A DNA stretch of 64,000 nucleotides from Marsupella aquatica (Eukaryota > Plantae > Marchantiophyta): positions 26,001,233 to 26,065,232 of the forward strand of contig OZ316892.1 of assembly GCA_973895155.1 (NCBI GenBank). The letters run 5' to 3'. The notes under the pieces were generated by a model. That model was not told the DNA's origin and searched no databases. It worked only from the letters and a program-made list of their open reading frames with translations. Position numbers and translations under genes: made by a program. Below are positions 1-11,914 of this stretch, piece by piece (within the stretch, counting starts at the first letter, position 1; each line of letters opens with the position of its first letter).

Positions 1-153
1 TATTGTTCTGTGAGTTTGGTACCAAATGTATGGCCATAGGATGATTGAAGTTCACTCTATAAATGCCTGTTTGTGGGTTAAATTTGACCAGAGCATTCCC
101 TCGCCCTGTACCGCCCTGCATCTTATTTTCATGTCTGGAGGCTAGACTGTGAA

Positions 154-239
154 GGCAATGATTAAATTGTATCCGCGCTTCTGATGGGTCAAACCTGATG
201 AAGATATCATCACATTGGTTGAATTTCTTCGTATGAGTT
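154..239 (+). ncRNA. U36a: Box C/D snoRNA, U36a-like (copy 1), double guide for 25S rRNA
   Basis: C-like box ATGATT (158), guide TATCCGCGCTT + D' CTGA, C' TGATGA, guide TTGGTTGAATTTCTTC + D-like ATGA. The guides complement adjacent parts of the conserved 25S segment GUGAAGAAAUUCAACCAAGCGCGGGUA. Confidence 0.85.
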
Positions 240-715
240 GTCACCCAATCCTATTGATGTCTCATTCCGTGGTAATTAGTAATCGTTTTCTCAGTCTGCC
301 ATTCGTTAGTTTCCGAGTCATTTACAGAACGGTTTACGATGGCTCAATGAATTATAGCTAATTGCTTTTATTTTAATAGGGGAGTCAACAGTTGAAGACG
401 TTTCGATAAAAAAAAAACGAGTTGACACCGCTGTTCAGACGATGTATTAACTGAGATAGGCTTAGGGTCACTGTTGTATACGTTTCGAAAAGCGTTAACA
501 GACGGATTGAACGAAAACCAAACCAGCGGCGCTTTAGTGAATATCAGCAATGCATGGGATGACACAGTAAGACATTGACGCGAAGGATGGTAGTGAACGG
601 GAGGGGCGTGTGCTCAGGAGAGATGAATACTTTGCTACTCGGACGCGGAGATGTCCGTTAGCTATGTTGTCCTCTCTTGGCCGATTCTCGTATGTAGGAT
701 GGTTCGAGAGACTGA

Positions 716-803
716 GGACGATGATTACATCCTATCCGCGCTTCTGAGGGTTCAAACCTGATGAAGCATACTCGATATTGGTTGAATTTCTTCGTATGAG
801 TCT
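716..803 (+). ncRNA. U36a: Box C/D snoRNA, U36a-like (copy 2)
   Basis: Same boxes and both guides as copy 1; terminal stem GGAC/GTCT. Confidence 0.85.
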
Positions 804-921
804 TCAGTTGGTTGATCCATTTTAGATCCTACCGGTAGGTATAGGTGTTCGTCTTATCTTTTGGTATTCAGCAGTACTGAAATGAAACGAGGAATACATA
901 AAATGAAGTCACCTACACATC

Positions 922-1018
922 GTGGAGGCAATGATTAAATACTATCCGCGCTTCTGAGGGGTCAATCCTTATGAAGTACACTTGATATTTGGTTGAATTT
1001 CTTCGTATGAGCCTCCAC
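922..1018 (+). ncRNA. U36a: Box C/D snoRNA, U36a-like (copy 3)
   Basis: Same guides; perfect 8-bp terminal stem GTGGAGGC/GCCTCCAC. Confidence 0.88.
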
Positions 1019-1293
1019 TGTCGTCTGAATTTCATCAGATTTTGAGGGTTTAGATTGATAATTCTCACAGGTATCTACCTCACAGTCCCAAACTAAAGTT
1101 TTCATATGCAGAGGTGAATATGATTTTATCTAAGGATGTCTTGGTAGGCATCGTCCATTAATGGTTTCTTGCTGCCATTGATGTTATCTAAAGTCTGTCT
1201 GAAGCGGGTACATTCAGATTGACGTATTTTGCCTGGGAACTTAGGATGAGTTTTGGGACTTGAATCTTTAGTGGTCCTCGCCTCTTGATGCAG

Positions 1294-1483
1294 GAATGGC
1301 AAGGACGAGTTGGTGAATAACTTCCAAATATTTCTCTACGACAGAGGGCTGAATGCTGATCTTGCTGGTTACATTGAGAAGCACTTGGAGAGCAAAAGGC
1401 TATTAAAGTCAGCAGCCGCTTTCAAAAAAATGACCAGATTCCTAGAAGCGGATTCCTCTCCCAGCAGTCCCAGTGATGACTGA
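1294..1483 (+). CDS. Terminal exon of a MAM33/C1QBP-like mitochondrial glycoprotein family gene (upstream exons unresolved or outside window)
   Basis: After a TGCAG acceptor it reads NGKDELVNNFQIFLYDRGLNADLAGYIEKHLESKRLLKSAAAFKKMTRFLE...DD*, matching the C-terminal helices of MAM33 proteins (F..YL..RG.....yl.......F). Not in the ORF track. Confidence 0.65.
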
Positions 1484-2781
1484 TTCTCCTTGCTTCAAGT
1501 GGAAGCGTTGTTCACATCTCTTCCCACATGTTTATTGTGTATACACAGGACAGTTGCCTTTTTCACTTTTTGGAGCTGTGAAGTTGTAGGATGCGGAGGG
1601 AGAAGGCATCCTGAAACTGGCTAAGTAGCACCTGAGAACCCATCCTCGACATTTGCCAGTCCAACACCTAAACCACAGCTGCCCGGTCAGTATAAAGGCG
1701 CTTCTACGTCTGTCCGATTGCTGTGCTCTCGCGCCCAAATGAACAGTGCCCTCCTCGTATCCATGCCCGGAGCGTCGCTCCATGCTACCTCTCTGCCGTC
1801 CATTTCAGCCAATTCAAACGGATCATTTCCGGAGATTTCTCACAACATAAAGTTCTTGCAATCCGTTTTTTGCTAATCCACCATGATTCTACGTTATGAT
1901 TCTACGTTTTGAACCATCAAGTCAACACGATCGTCAGCAAGGTTGTGAAATGGTAGTGAGAGCCTAAAGTTTAGAAACATTTAAATCTACATGCTATTGA
2001 AGAGTCCGTCTCAATGAGAGCTACTTTTAAGCTCTAGTCGAAATAGACCATTAATGTCATTGTACAGTATGTTTAAGACGGCTTGTAATTTCTGTCTGAA
2101 ATACCCTAAATCCTGTTTGAGAAGTTCGAAACTTGTAACTGCTAGCTGAAATACTGGATTTTGATGTTTCTAGCTGACATACTGGGTTTTGTGGTTTATG
2201 AAAATTGAACTTTCTTCTTTCGAGCTTGTGGTCGGCTCTTGTTTGCAGGGGGGGTGTAGTGAAGTCTGTGAGAAAGAGCAATGGATATAAAGCATGCTAA
2301 CTTCGCGTACAAAAAATGAGATAAAGTTTATTTATATCCCTTCTAAAGTGATTGATGATGAACATGAATGTTTCTTTGTATTGCAATGTGGAGTGTTCAT
2401 GAATTGATTATCTCTCCTTATGAACTGTTACACAATTGCTATAATCCAGATTAGTCATGGTTACAACTTCACTAAATTTCATCTCAACCTTATTACTTAT
2501 AAACATGACTATATAGAGACCCAAATGGTTGTGTTTATTGGGGTTTATTATATGACACTAAAAGATCACAAGCTAGTCGCTCTTAAGGGCAAGTAAGTCA
2601 TGGACATGATTTACCCAGTGACTAATTAAAGTCACATTGCAGTCATGTATAAACAAGGCTAGACTCCATAATGGAGTCACAGATCAGTTACAAATGGGCA
2701 TCAGTTACAAATGGGCATCAAGCAAGTCGCAACGTCCAGTATCAATAGTGATTTCTATTTTTTGGTTTCAACTTTTGCAGC

Positions 2782-4000
2782 CTAAGAGAACTCCCCCTCC
2801 TGTCCCCTGAGAGAACTCCCCCTCCTATCCCAACAAGAGGCATCGACAAAGGCGACGCTGTACAGGAGGGACCTATGGTTCCTCCTCAACCTCAGAAGCC
2901 CTAGAAGCCAAGGCAAGTCACCAGTGATAGAACTCCTCCTAAAGTAAAACCCAGTCCCTCGACAAAAACCTTGGCAACCTGGCAATGGTCTCTCTATGCC
3001 CAACTGGGCTCCCACGAGGAGGAGAGTCAACACCCAATGAGGAAGCAAGAGTAGCAAGGACCAGGCACCGACATCAGTGGAGTCACGCGCTAGCCAGTCT
3101 AAAGGAAGACGAAAGGCCCGCCAAAGCAGGGGCCACAAGGGCACAGGAATTTGGGTACAAACGAGGATGCTGAAAACCGGGATAAAGGGCAACAAGGACA
3201 TCCAGGTGGGCTAGCCAATCCCAAGAGAATTGGGGGGGGGGGGGCGCAGATGGGGGAGGTGGAAGGGGGGCAGGGGGAAGCACGAAGGAGGAGGAGGCAC
3301 GAAGAGTAAGACATGAACGACGATGACAAGTTGGACCAGATAGTTGGTACTAACTGTGACATGAGGAGAGACAGAATGAGGGGTGGAGGAGGGTGAAGCC
3401 AAGGAACAAGAGTGGCAGGGGGAACTACTGTAGGATAGGAGGGAGGTTCCATGGGAAAATGCTGGGATAAAGGGTGGGGAAAAAAGAAAAGAAAAGAAAC
3501 GGAACGATGAGAAAAGAGTACAAGAACCAACACCAGAAAACACAAGCAGAAAAGTAGAAATGAAGAAACAATGGATGGATGTCCAAGTCAAAAAACCTCA
3601 ACACGGTAGTGGCAAGCCACGCTGAACACATAAACACCTAGTGGCCCGATGAAACGCCTCCAAGAACAAAAAACCCGTAGGCGCAGAGCCAGAGTGCAAA
3701 CAGGTACCGCCCTAGGTGAAAGCCAGCCCAACCAACCGAACCAGGTCCAAGGCAACCCGGCCCGTATCCGCAAAGGAAGACCGGGGGCACAAACCCAAAA
3801 CCCAACCTAGGTGGGGCCGACCTTCCCGGGCGCAGGGCCGAGCCGGGAGCGTCAGCCCCGGAGGACGACCTCCGCTCCAAGGACTCGGGGGACGCCCATT
3901 GTCCCTTCAAGTACCCCGCGCACCTCCCGAAACGCCTCGGCAGCCGCTCCCCGCCTCGCGCCTCGCTCGCCGCTCGTCGTTGTCCCTTCAAGTACGCCTT
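2782..4000. repeat. GC/purine-rich, probably transposon-derived block upstream of IMPDH
   Basis: Abrupt composition change, G runs, strong A/G skew on +, only low-complexity ORFs. Confidence 0.4.
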
Positions 4001-4185
4001 CCCTGAAGAGAGGCTTCTGCTGCTACTGTGATTCTGGCTGGAATGCTAAAAACCTTAAACCCTGAATGAACCCTTTTGCGCGCTCACACTTCTGTTCTTC
4101 GCTTTCCACATTGCTCTCGTAAACCCACAGAGCAACCCTAGTAGTCGCACACTCATTTCCAATAGCGATTCTGCCATAATTTATC

Positions 4186-4188
<3 letters not shown>

Positions 4189-4225
<37 letters not shown>
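4189..4225 (+). repeat. (AG)n microsatellite abutting the IMPDH start codon
   Basis: About 18 AG units ending directly at ATG 4226. Confidence 0.95.
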
Positions 4226-4228
<3 letters not shown>

Positions 4229-6545
4229 GGGCAGAATGGGGGAGGATTTTCAGGATTCGAGCACGATGGATGGACGGCAACAGAGATTTTTGGAAGAGAT
4301 TATTGTTACACTTACGACGACATAATCATGCATCCTGGGTTCATCGATTTCCCGGCAGATGCAGTCAATCTCACATCAAAGCTGACGAAGAACATCGAAT
4401 TGAGCACTCCCTGCATCTCGTCCCCCATGGACACGGTGACGGAGTCGTCCATGGCAGCAGCGATGGCAGCCGTGGGAGCAATTGGATTCGTGCATTACAA
4501 CAACTCGCCGGTGGAGCAGGCCAATCTTGTGAAGGCCGCGAAGAATCAGAGAGTGGGATTCGTGTCTGAGCCTGTGTGTATGCGGCCCGATGACACGATT
4601 CACCAAATTGATGTGCTCAAGAGTAGCAAGGGGTTCTCATCGGTTCTTGTGACAGAAGATGGTACAAAGGGTTCGAAGCTCCTTGGAATTGTCACGAGTA
4701 GGGATATAGATTTCGTTTCTTCTAGAAATACAGAACTCAGGGAGGTGATGATCACCGACCTTGTCACGGCTAGGGCAGGCACGAGTTTGGAGGATGCTTC
4801 TCAAATTCTGATTCGCAGCAAGAAGACATTGTTGCCTCTAGTGACCGACCACGGCGAGGTGGTGGAATTGCTGTGTAGAACGGACTTAAAGCGCCAGTCC
4901 GCAAACCCCAGGTTGGGCGCCCCCTCGGTCGGAGATGATGGGAAGTTCCGCGTGGGAGCGGCTGTGGGAACTAGGGACAGTGACAGGGAGAGGCTCAAGC
5001 TTCTGGTGGATGCTGGCGTGAACGTTGTCATCCTCGACAGCGCCCAGGGCAGCTCCCAATATCAAATTGATATGCTGTCCTACGTGAAGAAGAACTACCA
5101 ACAGCTCGAAGTGATCGCTGGAAATGTGGTGACTTCTAGGCAAGCGTGTCGTTTGATTGAGGCAGGGGCTGATGCACTACGAGTCGGGATGGGTTCTGGC
5201 TCAATTTGCACCACACAGGAAGTTTGCGCTGTTGGCCGCGGCCAGGTACATTTTTCTGAATATATTTGTTGAGAGACCCTTTGTTCCCAATGTCCAAACT
5301 TTCCTTCACAAGGTTAGACAAGAGGAAAGGAATTGTACTGGGGATGGTATGGTCAATTCCACTGCGCTACAGTCAGCACGATGACAGTTCCACTTCAACT
5401 CTTTTCCGGGCTTTGATGCTGTCAAGTCCTCGAATCATTTATTGAGTACGATGATACTCCTCCCATAGTAGAGGTGGCGACTGAATTAATCCATGCACGA
5501 AAGAAATGTTCTTCCCGGGAATTAAGACAAATGGGGTGTGGGGTTGAAGAGCTGGCACAGTATACAGTCAGTTCACTTGGGCAAAATCTGGGATGACATC
5601 TATTGAGGATGATAAGGCCGCTGAGCGAGGGAGAAAGAAGAATCTGTGTTTAGTGTAGTGGTCAGGAACTATTCGAAATCTCGTTTGAACCTAATTCCCC
5701 TTTTGTGGTTTGGATGCCTCAGGCAGCTGCAGTGTATCAAACGGCTCGTTATGCAAAGACTTTTGGTGTTCCTATCATTGCAGACGGGGGAATCTCCAAT
5801 TCAGGGCACATTGTCAAGGCTCTTGCTTTGGGTGCCTCGACTGTCATGATGGGCAGCTTTCTTGCTGGGACTGAAGAGGCTCCCGGAGATTTTTTCTATC
5901 AGGTGGGTCTTTGATGTAATTCATTTTTGGTTCTTGGACTCTGGTTGCCTTCTAAGGAATTGACCAATGTTGAAAGACAACTAGTTGTTGTGTTGATTGT
6001 TTTCATTCTATTTGTGTGAGCAGGATGGGCGTAAGCTGAAATCTTACCGAGGCATGGGCTCATTAGAGGCTCAAGCAAAAGGAAGCGATACTCGTTACTT
6101 GTCAGACAAATCACAAATGAGAATAGCCCAAGGAGTTTCAGGTGCGGTTGCAGATAAAGGCTCGATACTCCGTCTGCTACCCTTCACAATGCAAGCAGTA
6201 CGGCAAGGATTTCAAGATTTGGGGGTACAGTCAGTCCCAAAACTTCATGAGGCCCTCAGGTCTGGAGAAATTAGAATGGAGGTCTGCATCTCCACCTTAC
6301 CACTTGTTCTTGATTGTTCTCAGTGAATTTTTTTCTCTTTTCCCGAATTCGAATTATCAAAGCTTCTGTCTACCATCTAAGGGTGCCAGCAATAAATAGT
6401 GTTTGGGATTTTGTGTTTGGGCTATTGTCCGCATTCTTTCATACCAACTTCTTGGTGGTTGACTTTTATGCAGGTACGCACAGGTGCCGCACAAGCAGAG
6501 GGTAACGTACATGGTTTGGTCTCCTATGAGAAGAAGAGGTTTTGA
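4226..6545 (+). CDS. IMPDH: Inosine-5'-monophosphate dehydrogenase; exons 4226-5245, 5723-5902, 6024-6281, 6474-6545
   Basis: [17 protein letters not shown] pair, catalytic [27 protein letters not shown]-terminal [14 protein letters not shown]; GT-AG introns keep the frame. Confidence 0.97.
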
Positions 6546-6959
6546 GCATAGGTTTACAGTACAACTGTGAAAATTTTGATAGACTTTAGGAAGGAAACAA
6601 GGCAAGAAGTCGAAGTGAGCGACTTTGGCAGCAACGTGGAAAAGAAGTTCCAGGGGGATATTGTTGAACCGTTGTGATCAACAGATTTTTTATTCCATCA
6701 CTGTAGATGTAACTTTTAATAGTTTACCACCATTCTTAGTTTGAAAACCACCATTGAGGCAACATCGAACATGCGGGTGTGCCAATATGATCCTGGTCAG
6801 TCTGCAAATCAATATTTTGTCAATGTGTCCATCTCAATTCCAATCTCCTTGAATGACAAATTGTTATTGAATCTTTCCTTCAAAACCTGAGATTACTCAT
6901 GGGATCCAAATTTAATCACTCTTTTGCCTGACAGGTGAGCAGTCCTCATTTCTGTATGG

Positions 6960-8635
6960 CCAATCAAGACACCTTGGTGTTCTAGAATTACTATCATATG
7001 ACTTGGAGCAAAACACTTTCGATTTGAAACGATATCCAGACGATCCTAAACTGGCTAATGCTTACGGAGGGTAACGATATCCAGACGATCCTAAACTGGC
7101 TAATGCTTATGGAGGGTACCAACCGGACAAACAAATGTTTGCAGAAGCGTCACAAGTTAGAATTGTACAACATTTTTGTTTTCACTAACCACTGTCTTAG
7201 GGATTCATCAAAAGATTTGTTGCTCGACTTGCTTGCTACTTGCCATGAGGAACGCCATCATCAACCAGATCGGCAAGTTGTACAAAATTTTTAAGAACTC
7301 ATCATTTTCTGCACCTAAAACATGTTGTGTTCCACTTGAGTATTATGGCAACCCAAACGAACCCTTATGGCCTTCTCGAATGGTGTCTGCTGTTGCCAAA
7401 CCATGTGGATGGGTTTGACCACATCTCAGATTGGAAAGAATGGATTACTCTCCAAACAAATTGTGGCTGCAAATTTAATGTCTTTCAACCTAACTTTGAG
7501 TCTCCTTCTGATGGGCAACTCCTTGAAAGGTTTCTGTTCCCACGACTTTAGGTGACATAACATTTCTTCATTGCTCTCTTCTTCCTTCGGTATGCTATCC
7601 TGGTTCTGAATGTTTATTACAGATCAGAGCTTGTATTGATATCTTGAGATTCCTTCCCCGTCAGATTAGTTTTGAGTCTCCGGAGGACTGTTTGATTTCT
7701 GTGATTAGCCCGGTACACTAGGGACATCGATTTCTGTGATTGGCCCGGCATACTAGTCATACTGTCCCAGCTCCATTCCAACTGTTTGGTGTTGGCTCCT
7801 CTCTTCTTGGTCACGGCCAGTGCAGGTTCTTTGACTTGCACCATCTATTTTACAGCAAACAAACTCTATGTAAAAGTTGCCTAAGTTGGCCCTTCTGGTC
7901 TTCAGTGAAGTTAAGTAACTGGCTATTACTTCGTTTGGCCCTTTCTTTTCTTCAGTGAAGTTAAGTAAATTGGCTTGTTTTTCTTAATATCAGGACAAGC
8001 CCTGGTCTCATAATAAACAGACAGAACCGGGGGATATCGAAGGAAGAAGAGAGCAATGAATAAAGGTTGTCGCTTAGATCTCGGTAAGAACAAGCTTTGG
8101 GAAAGTTGCCAATTGGAATGAGACTCAAAGCTAGGTTGGAAGATATGAAAGATCAAGCCACAACTTGTTATTGGAGTAGTCAATTCCTTCCAATCTGAGA
8201 TGAGATCCCATCCATTTGTTTGGTTCTGCTTCACTGATACCCAACAAAAAGGCCATAGGGGTGCGTTTGGGTCTGTAATAAAGCTCTTGTGGAACAGAAC
8301 ATCTTCAGGGTGCAAAAAATGATAAGAGATTAAATTTTATTTTTTTGTCTAACTTGCTGACCTGGTTGATGATGAAGTTATTGTTAACAGGTGTACACCA
8401 AGTCTTCCAATGAATCCCTCAGACATAATATTCAGTGAAAACAAAAATGTCAAATTATCTTCATTGACCTCCTACAATTCTAATTTGTTTGATCTGTCAC
8501 TTTTGCAAACATTTGTTTGCCCCATCCGTACCCTCCCTAAGCATTAGCCAATATATGATCGTCTGGATATGGCTGCAAATTGAACCTATTTTGTGCCATG
8601 TCATATGAATATTCTAGAACACCAAGGTCTCTTGA
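6960..8635. repeat. Diverged inverted duplication (arms ~6960-7640 and ~7985-8635) of degenerate coding-like DNA
   Basis: For example CCTTGGTGTTCTAGAAT...ATATCCAGACGATC (+, ~6972-7044) recurs reverse-complemented at ~8557-8627; the DWKE/FQP-FES peptides appear in + ORF 7327 and - ORF 7926. Confidence 0.8.
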
Positions 8636-10310
8636 ATAACCAGCAAAATGGAAAGGAAAAAGGGAGGGTGTGACCATAGTGTAACATGGAAAGTAAATTG
8701 CTTGAGACATCGGCCCCATTCATGTCTTGCCCTTCACAAAGCTTGAAGAGCTTAATGTGTTGATCCTGATGGTTGTATTGCACCCGAACACCATACTTCA
8801 GTGTGATCTCCGCATGATAAACATTTGCTTCTTGGAAGATGACCTTAAATTGTGGGGCTGTTTGATTATGGTGAATTTTGTTATAACCACAAGATGAGCC
8901 TAAAGGGTGCCATTGTCCACCTTTTCCATTCCCAAGCTCTCACTTTTCCCATTTACATGCACTTCTTTAAATTCAGCTGCCACACAACATCACTTATCAA
9001 CAATTATATTGTCAACTTGCTAGCATTGGACCTTAGTATCAACAAGATTGTCAACTCACTGGCATTGGACCTTAGTATACACAAGATTGTCAATTTTGCC
9101 AGCATTGCACTAGTGATAAATCTCACTAAGAAAGCGCAATCCCTCTCTAGATGGTGCTCTAACTGAGGGCATAATTGAAAGTAGGGAGAACAAAAACACG
9201 GATGGGGTCAAAGATAAATGAAATAGCCATAAAAGCTATGGAAGCACATAAAGTATCCCACACGATGGAGATGTCGAGTGCATACCTGAGCAGGCAGTTT
9301 AGATGTGCTGGTTTAGGACTCCTAGGTGTTCACTAAATAAGTTCACTATAAACATGAGGCAAATTGCCCGAATGCAATGATGTCTGCATCATACAATCCA
9401 AAGAAAATGTGACGAATAACCTCACCAAAACCCAAACCAATCCCTAAACATCCCTTGCAGATTGCGCAAAAGTCCTCAAAAGCAGTATGCAAATATAACA
9501 CCATGATTGTGCAACAGTATGCAATGTTGGGATTGAAGAATGCTTACTTTCCAGTGCAGGGAATGTTTGTGCGCTCCTGTGTGACCCACCGGTGGCGAGT
9601 ATTTAGTGAGTGTCTTCAAACCAGTCCATGGTCGATAGTGGGAGACCGTGAGGATGGTATGTGCCTCTCCTGCCCAGATTTTCAAAAGACGGATGGGGAC
9701 GGAAAGTTGCTATTATCCTCAATTAATACTGCCAGAACATAAACCGACGTTTGCTTCTTCGGTTGGGCAGGTTGCATTGGGCTTAGGGATAGGCAGCGTA
9801 CAGTGGCCCACTAATCCTGGACGGCATTAACTTGACATAGATTTGACTTAGGGTATTCTGCTTGAGTTTTGGATGCAGAGTTTAAGGTTACAGTTTATGT
9901 TCTGCAATATGCTCGAAGGGGACTTTTGAGGTTTGGGATTTCCTGTAGATAATGCGGCCTCGCTCAGTAGTAGTGCAACCTCGGAAGGGAAAGCCTGCGG
10001 TTCTACCAGAGGCAGAATGGGTCAAATTCCTGCATGCCAACATTGGATGAGAGCCAAGAATCCGTCCCACAGGAGAACATGTACGGTATTAGCATGGAAT
10101 CATTTACCCTGCAAGTTTCTTTTCTCTCATCTTTATTTACCTTTTCAAGGAATGGGTGATCAGGCTTGCTATTAAAAAACCAGGGTCCACTTTCCACCCT
10201 CCTTGCGTCACTAACATGTACATATATTTATATATTTATGTTTTCAAGGAACAGGTGATCAGACTTGCTATTAAAAATCATGGTCTTTCCACCCTCCCTT
10301 GCCTTGCCTT

Positions 10311-10800
10311 CATATAGCATATATATCAGTCTGCAAAGAACAAAATAGCCAAACGTGGAGACCCAATAAAGGGGGGAAGGGGGAAGACCCCAAGGAGGTC
10401 CAAAGAGGCGCTGCAAACTCGAGAGTCCCTGCCACAACGCATCCATTAGGTAAAGGAAAGAAAATATATCAAACTGTCAAAAAGCAGGGGCGCTGAACCC
10501 GGAGACAGTATCCCACTGGCCAAAACCCAATTAAAGGAAAACAAGTATCCCACTGGCCAAAACCCAATCAAAGGAAAACAAGAATGAAGCCCATTAGGCC
10601 AAAAACCACCAAAACCCAATCAAAGGAAAACAAGAAAGAAGCCCAAAAGGCCAAAAAACCACCAAAACCCAATCAAAGGAAAACAAGAAAGAAGCCCAAA
10701 AGGCCAAAAAACCAAAAAGACCAGGCACAAGAAAGAAAATGGCCAAATTAGCCTATCAAAAAAAGCATACGGTAATCCAGGACCACAAGAAAGCCAGACC
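10311..10800 (+). mobile_element. Non-autonomous repeat with internal ~50-bp tandem array (AAAACCCAATCAAAGGAAAACAAG), related to 29344-30795
   Basis: Tandem units 10509-10715; head ATATATCA..CTGC..ACCCAATAA-G run-GAAGACCCCAAG..AGAGGC matches the reverse complement of 30670-30790. Confidence 0.55.
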
Positions 10801-10807
10801 ATCATCG

Positions 10808-10937
10808 GAGAAGCGAGGCTAGTGCTCGGCCGGCGGGCAGGTGGTCCGGTCACAAGGACGGACCACAGCATCCCCTAGAGTCCTACAGTACACTACTCGA
10901 GCATCCGGAGGCCGGCCGAGCACTAGCCTCGCTTCTC
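10808..10937. repeat. Perfect 27-bp inverted repeat with 76-bp spacer
   Basis: GAGAAGCGAGGCTAGTGCTCGGCCGGC at 10808-10834 and its exact reverse complement at 10911-10937. Confidence 0.92.
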
Positions 10938-11914
10938 GCTGTAGTGTGTTCTGTAGTGTGTTTTGTTGGCCTCTCGTTCAGAGCTCTCTCCTCCCATAGC
11001 TCTCTCTCCTTTCAGAGCTCAGGGTGAACGAACGCTCGTTTGAGTCGTCAATTTGTTCTCTACGACACTGGTAGGCTCGAGCATTTTGTCCACACTCCGT
11101 GCAGCAATCTTGTTGCTCGATTAATTGATAACTAGGAGGCGGTTTCACTCAAGCTCCCTCTCCAATCGGCTCGCACTCTGTCTCGCTTGATTCCCTGGTA
11201 CCCTTGGTTTGAGCGTTTGGTGAAAGCTCGGAACAGAAATCTGAGCTTTGCAGAGATTGGCAGTGCACGGGCTTTCGAGCGCTGTGATCTTTCAATTTTG
11301 GCGGACTGGAATTTTCTGACATGATGGCTCCTGCAGTTCACTTCCTCGTGTCTCTGCGGCAATCGGGACTCCCGGATATCCTGCTCTAACAAGCAAGTCA
11401 AAGTCAATAGAATTAGGAATTTCGCCCGGCGGACGGAGAGACGGACAACGCTTTTGTTAGGGAGGCCCGTCACTTCACTCGGGAAAATGCGTGATAAGGA
11501 TTTGAAGCTCTCCCAGACTCACTTGATTTGAGCAGCAGTTGTTTGGGATCAGGTAGCAAGAATTAGCGTGAAGGGACGGCGGGTGAATTTTTGGACGTAC
11601 TTAAATGCGACAAGGGGCTGCTCGCAAGATAATATGAGACGGATGTCTGCTCTAGAAAGCTGATCAGGAATTGGACTGTCTCGTGTGTCTCATGGCATGA
11701 ATTGGAAACGAAGGGCGGTAGCGTTTGGATAATTCACCTCTTGAATTGAAGTGCTGCCACCAAATGATCCACTGTTGGCTTCTTCGTTCAGTAAATTAAT
11801 GTGGCGACCGGAGATTCTTCAGAGGAGTCCGGGTTTCGGAGGTTCTGGTTCTATGTAGGTACCATACCTGGGATTCCTCTTGCAGGTAATACGGGCAGCA
11901 AGCAGAGCGAGCAG

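Noticed and set aside
1-70. Possible upstream MAM33 exon (LFCEF.../MIEVHSINA)
   Set aside because: Needs a frameshift and is cut by the window edge; cannot be supported.
1117-1204. Possible extra C/D snoRNA (ATGATT...CTGA, TTTTATCTAA antisense to 18S)
   Set aside because: The complementary stretch is not adjacent to a D/D' box and there is no terminal stem.
2782-4065. Many overlapping 60-150 aa ORFs
   Set aside because: Low-complexity products of GC/purine-skewed repeat DNA; no domain motifs.
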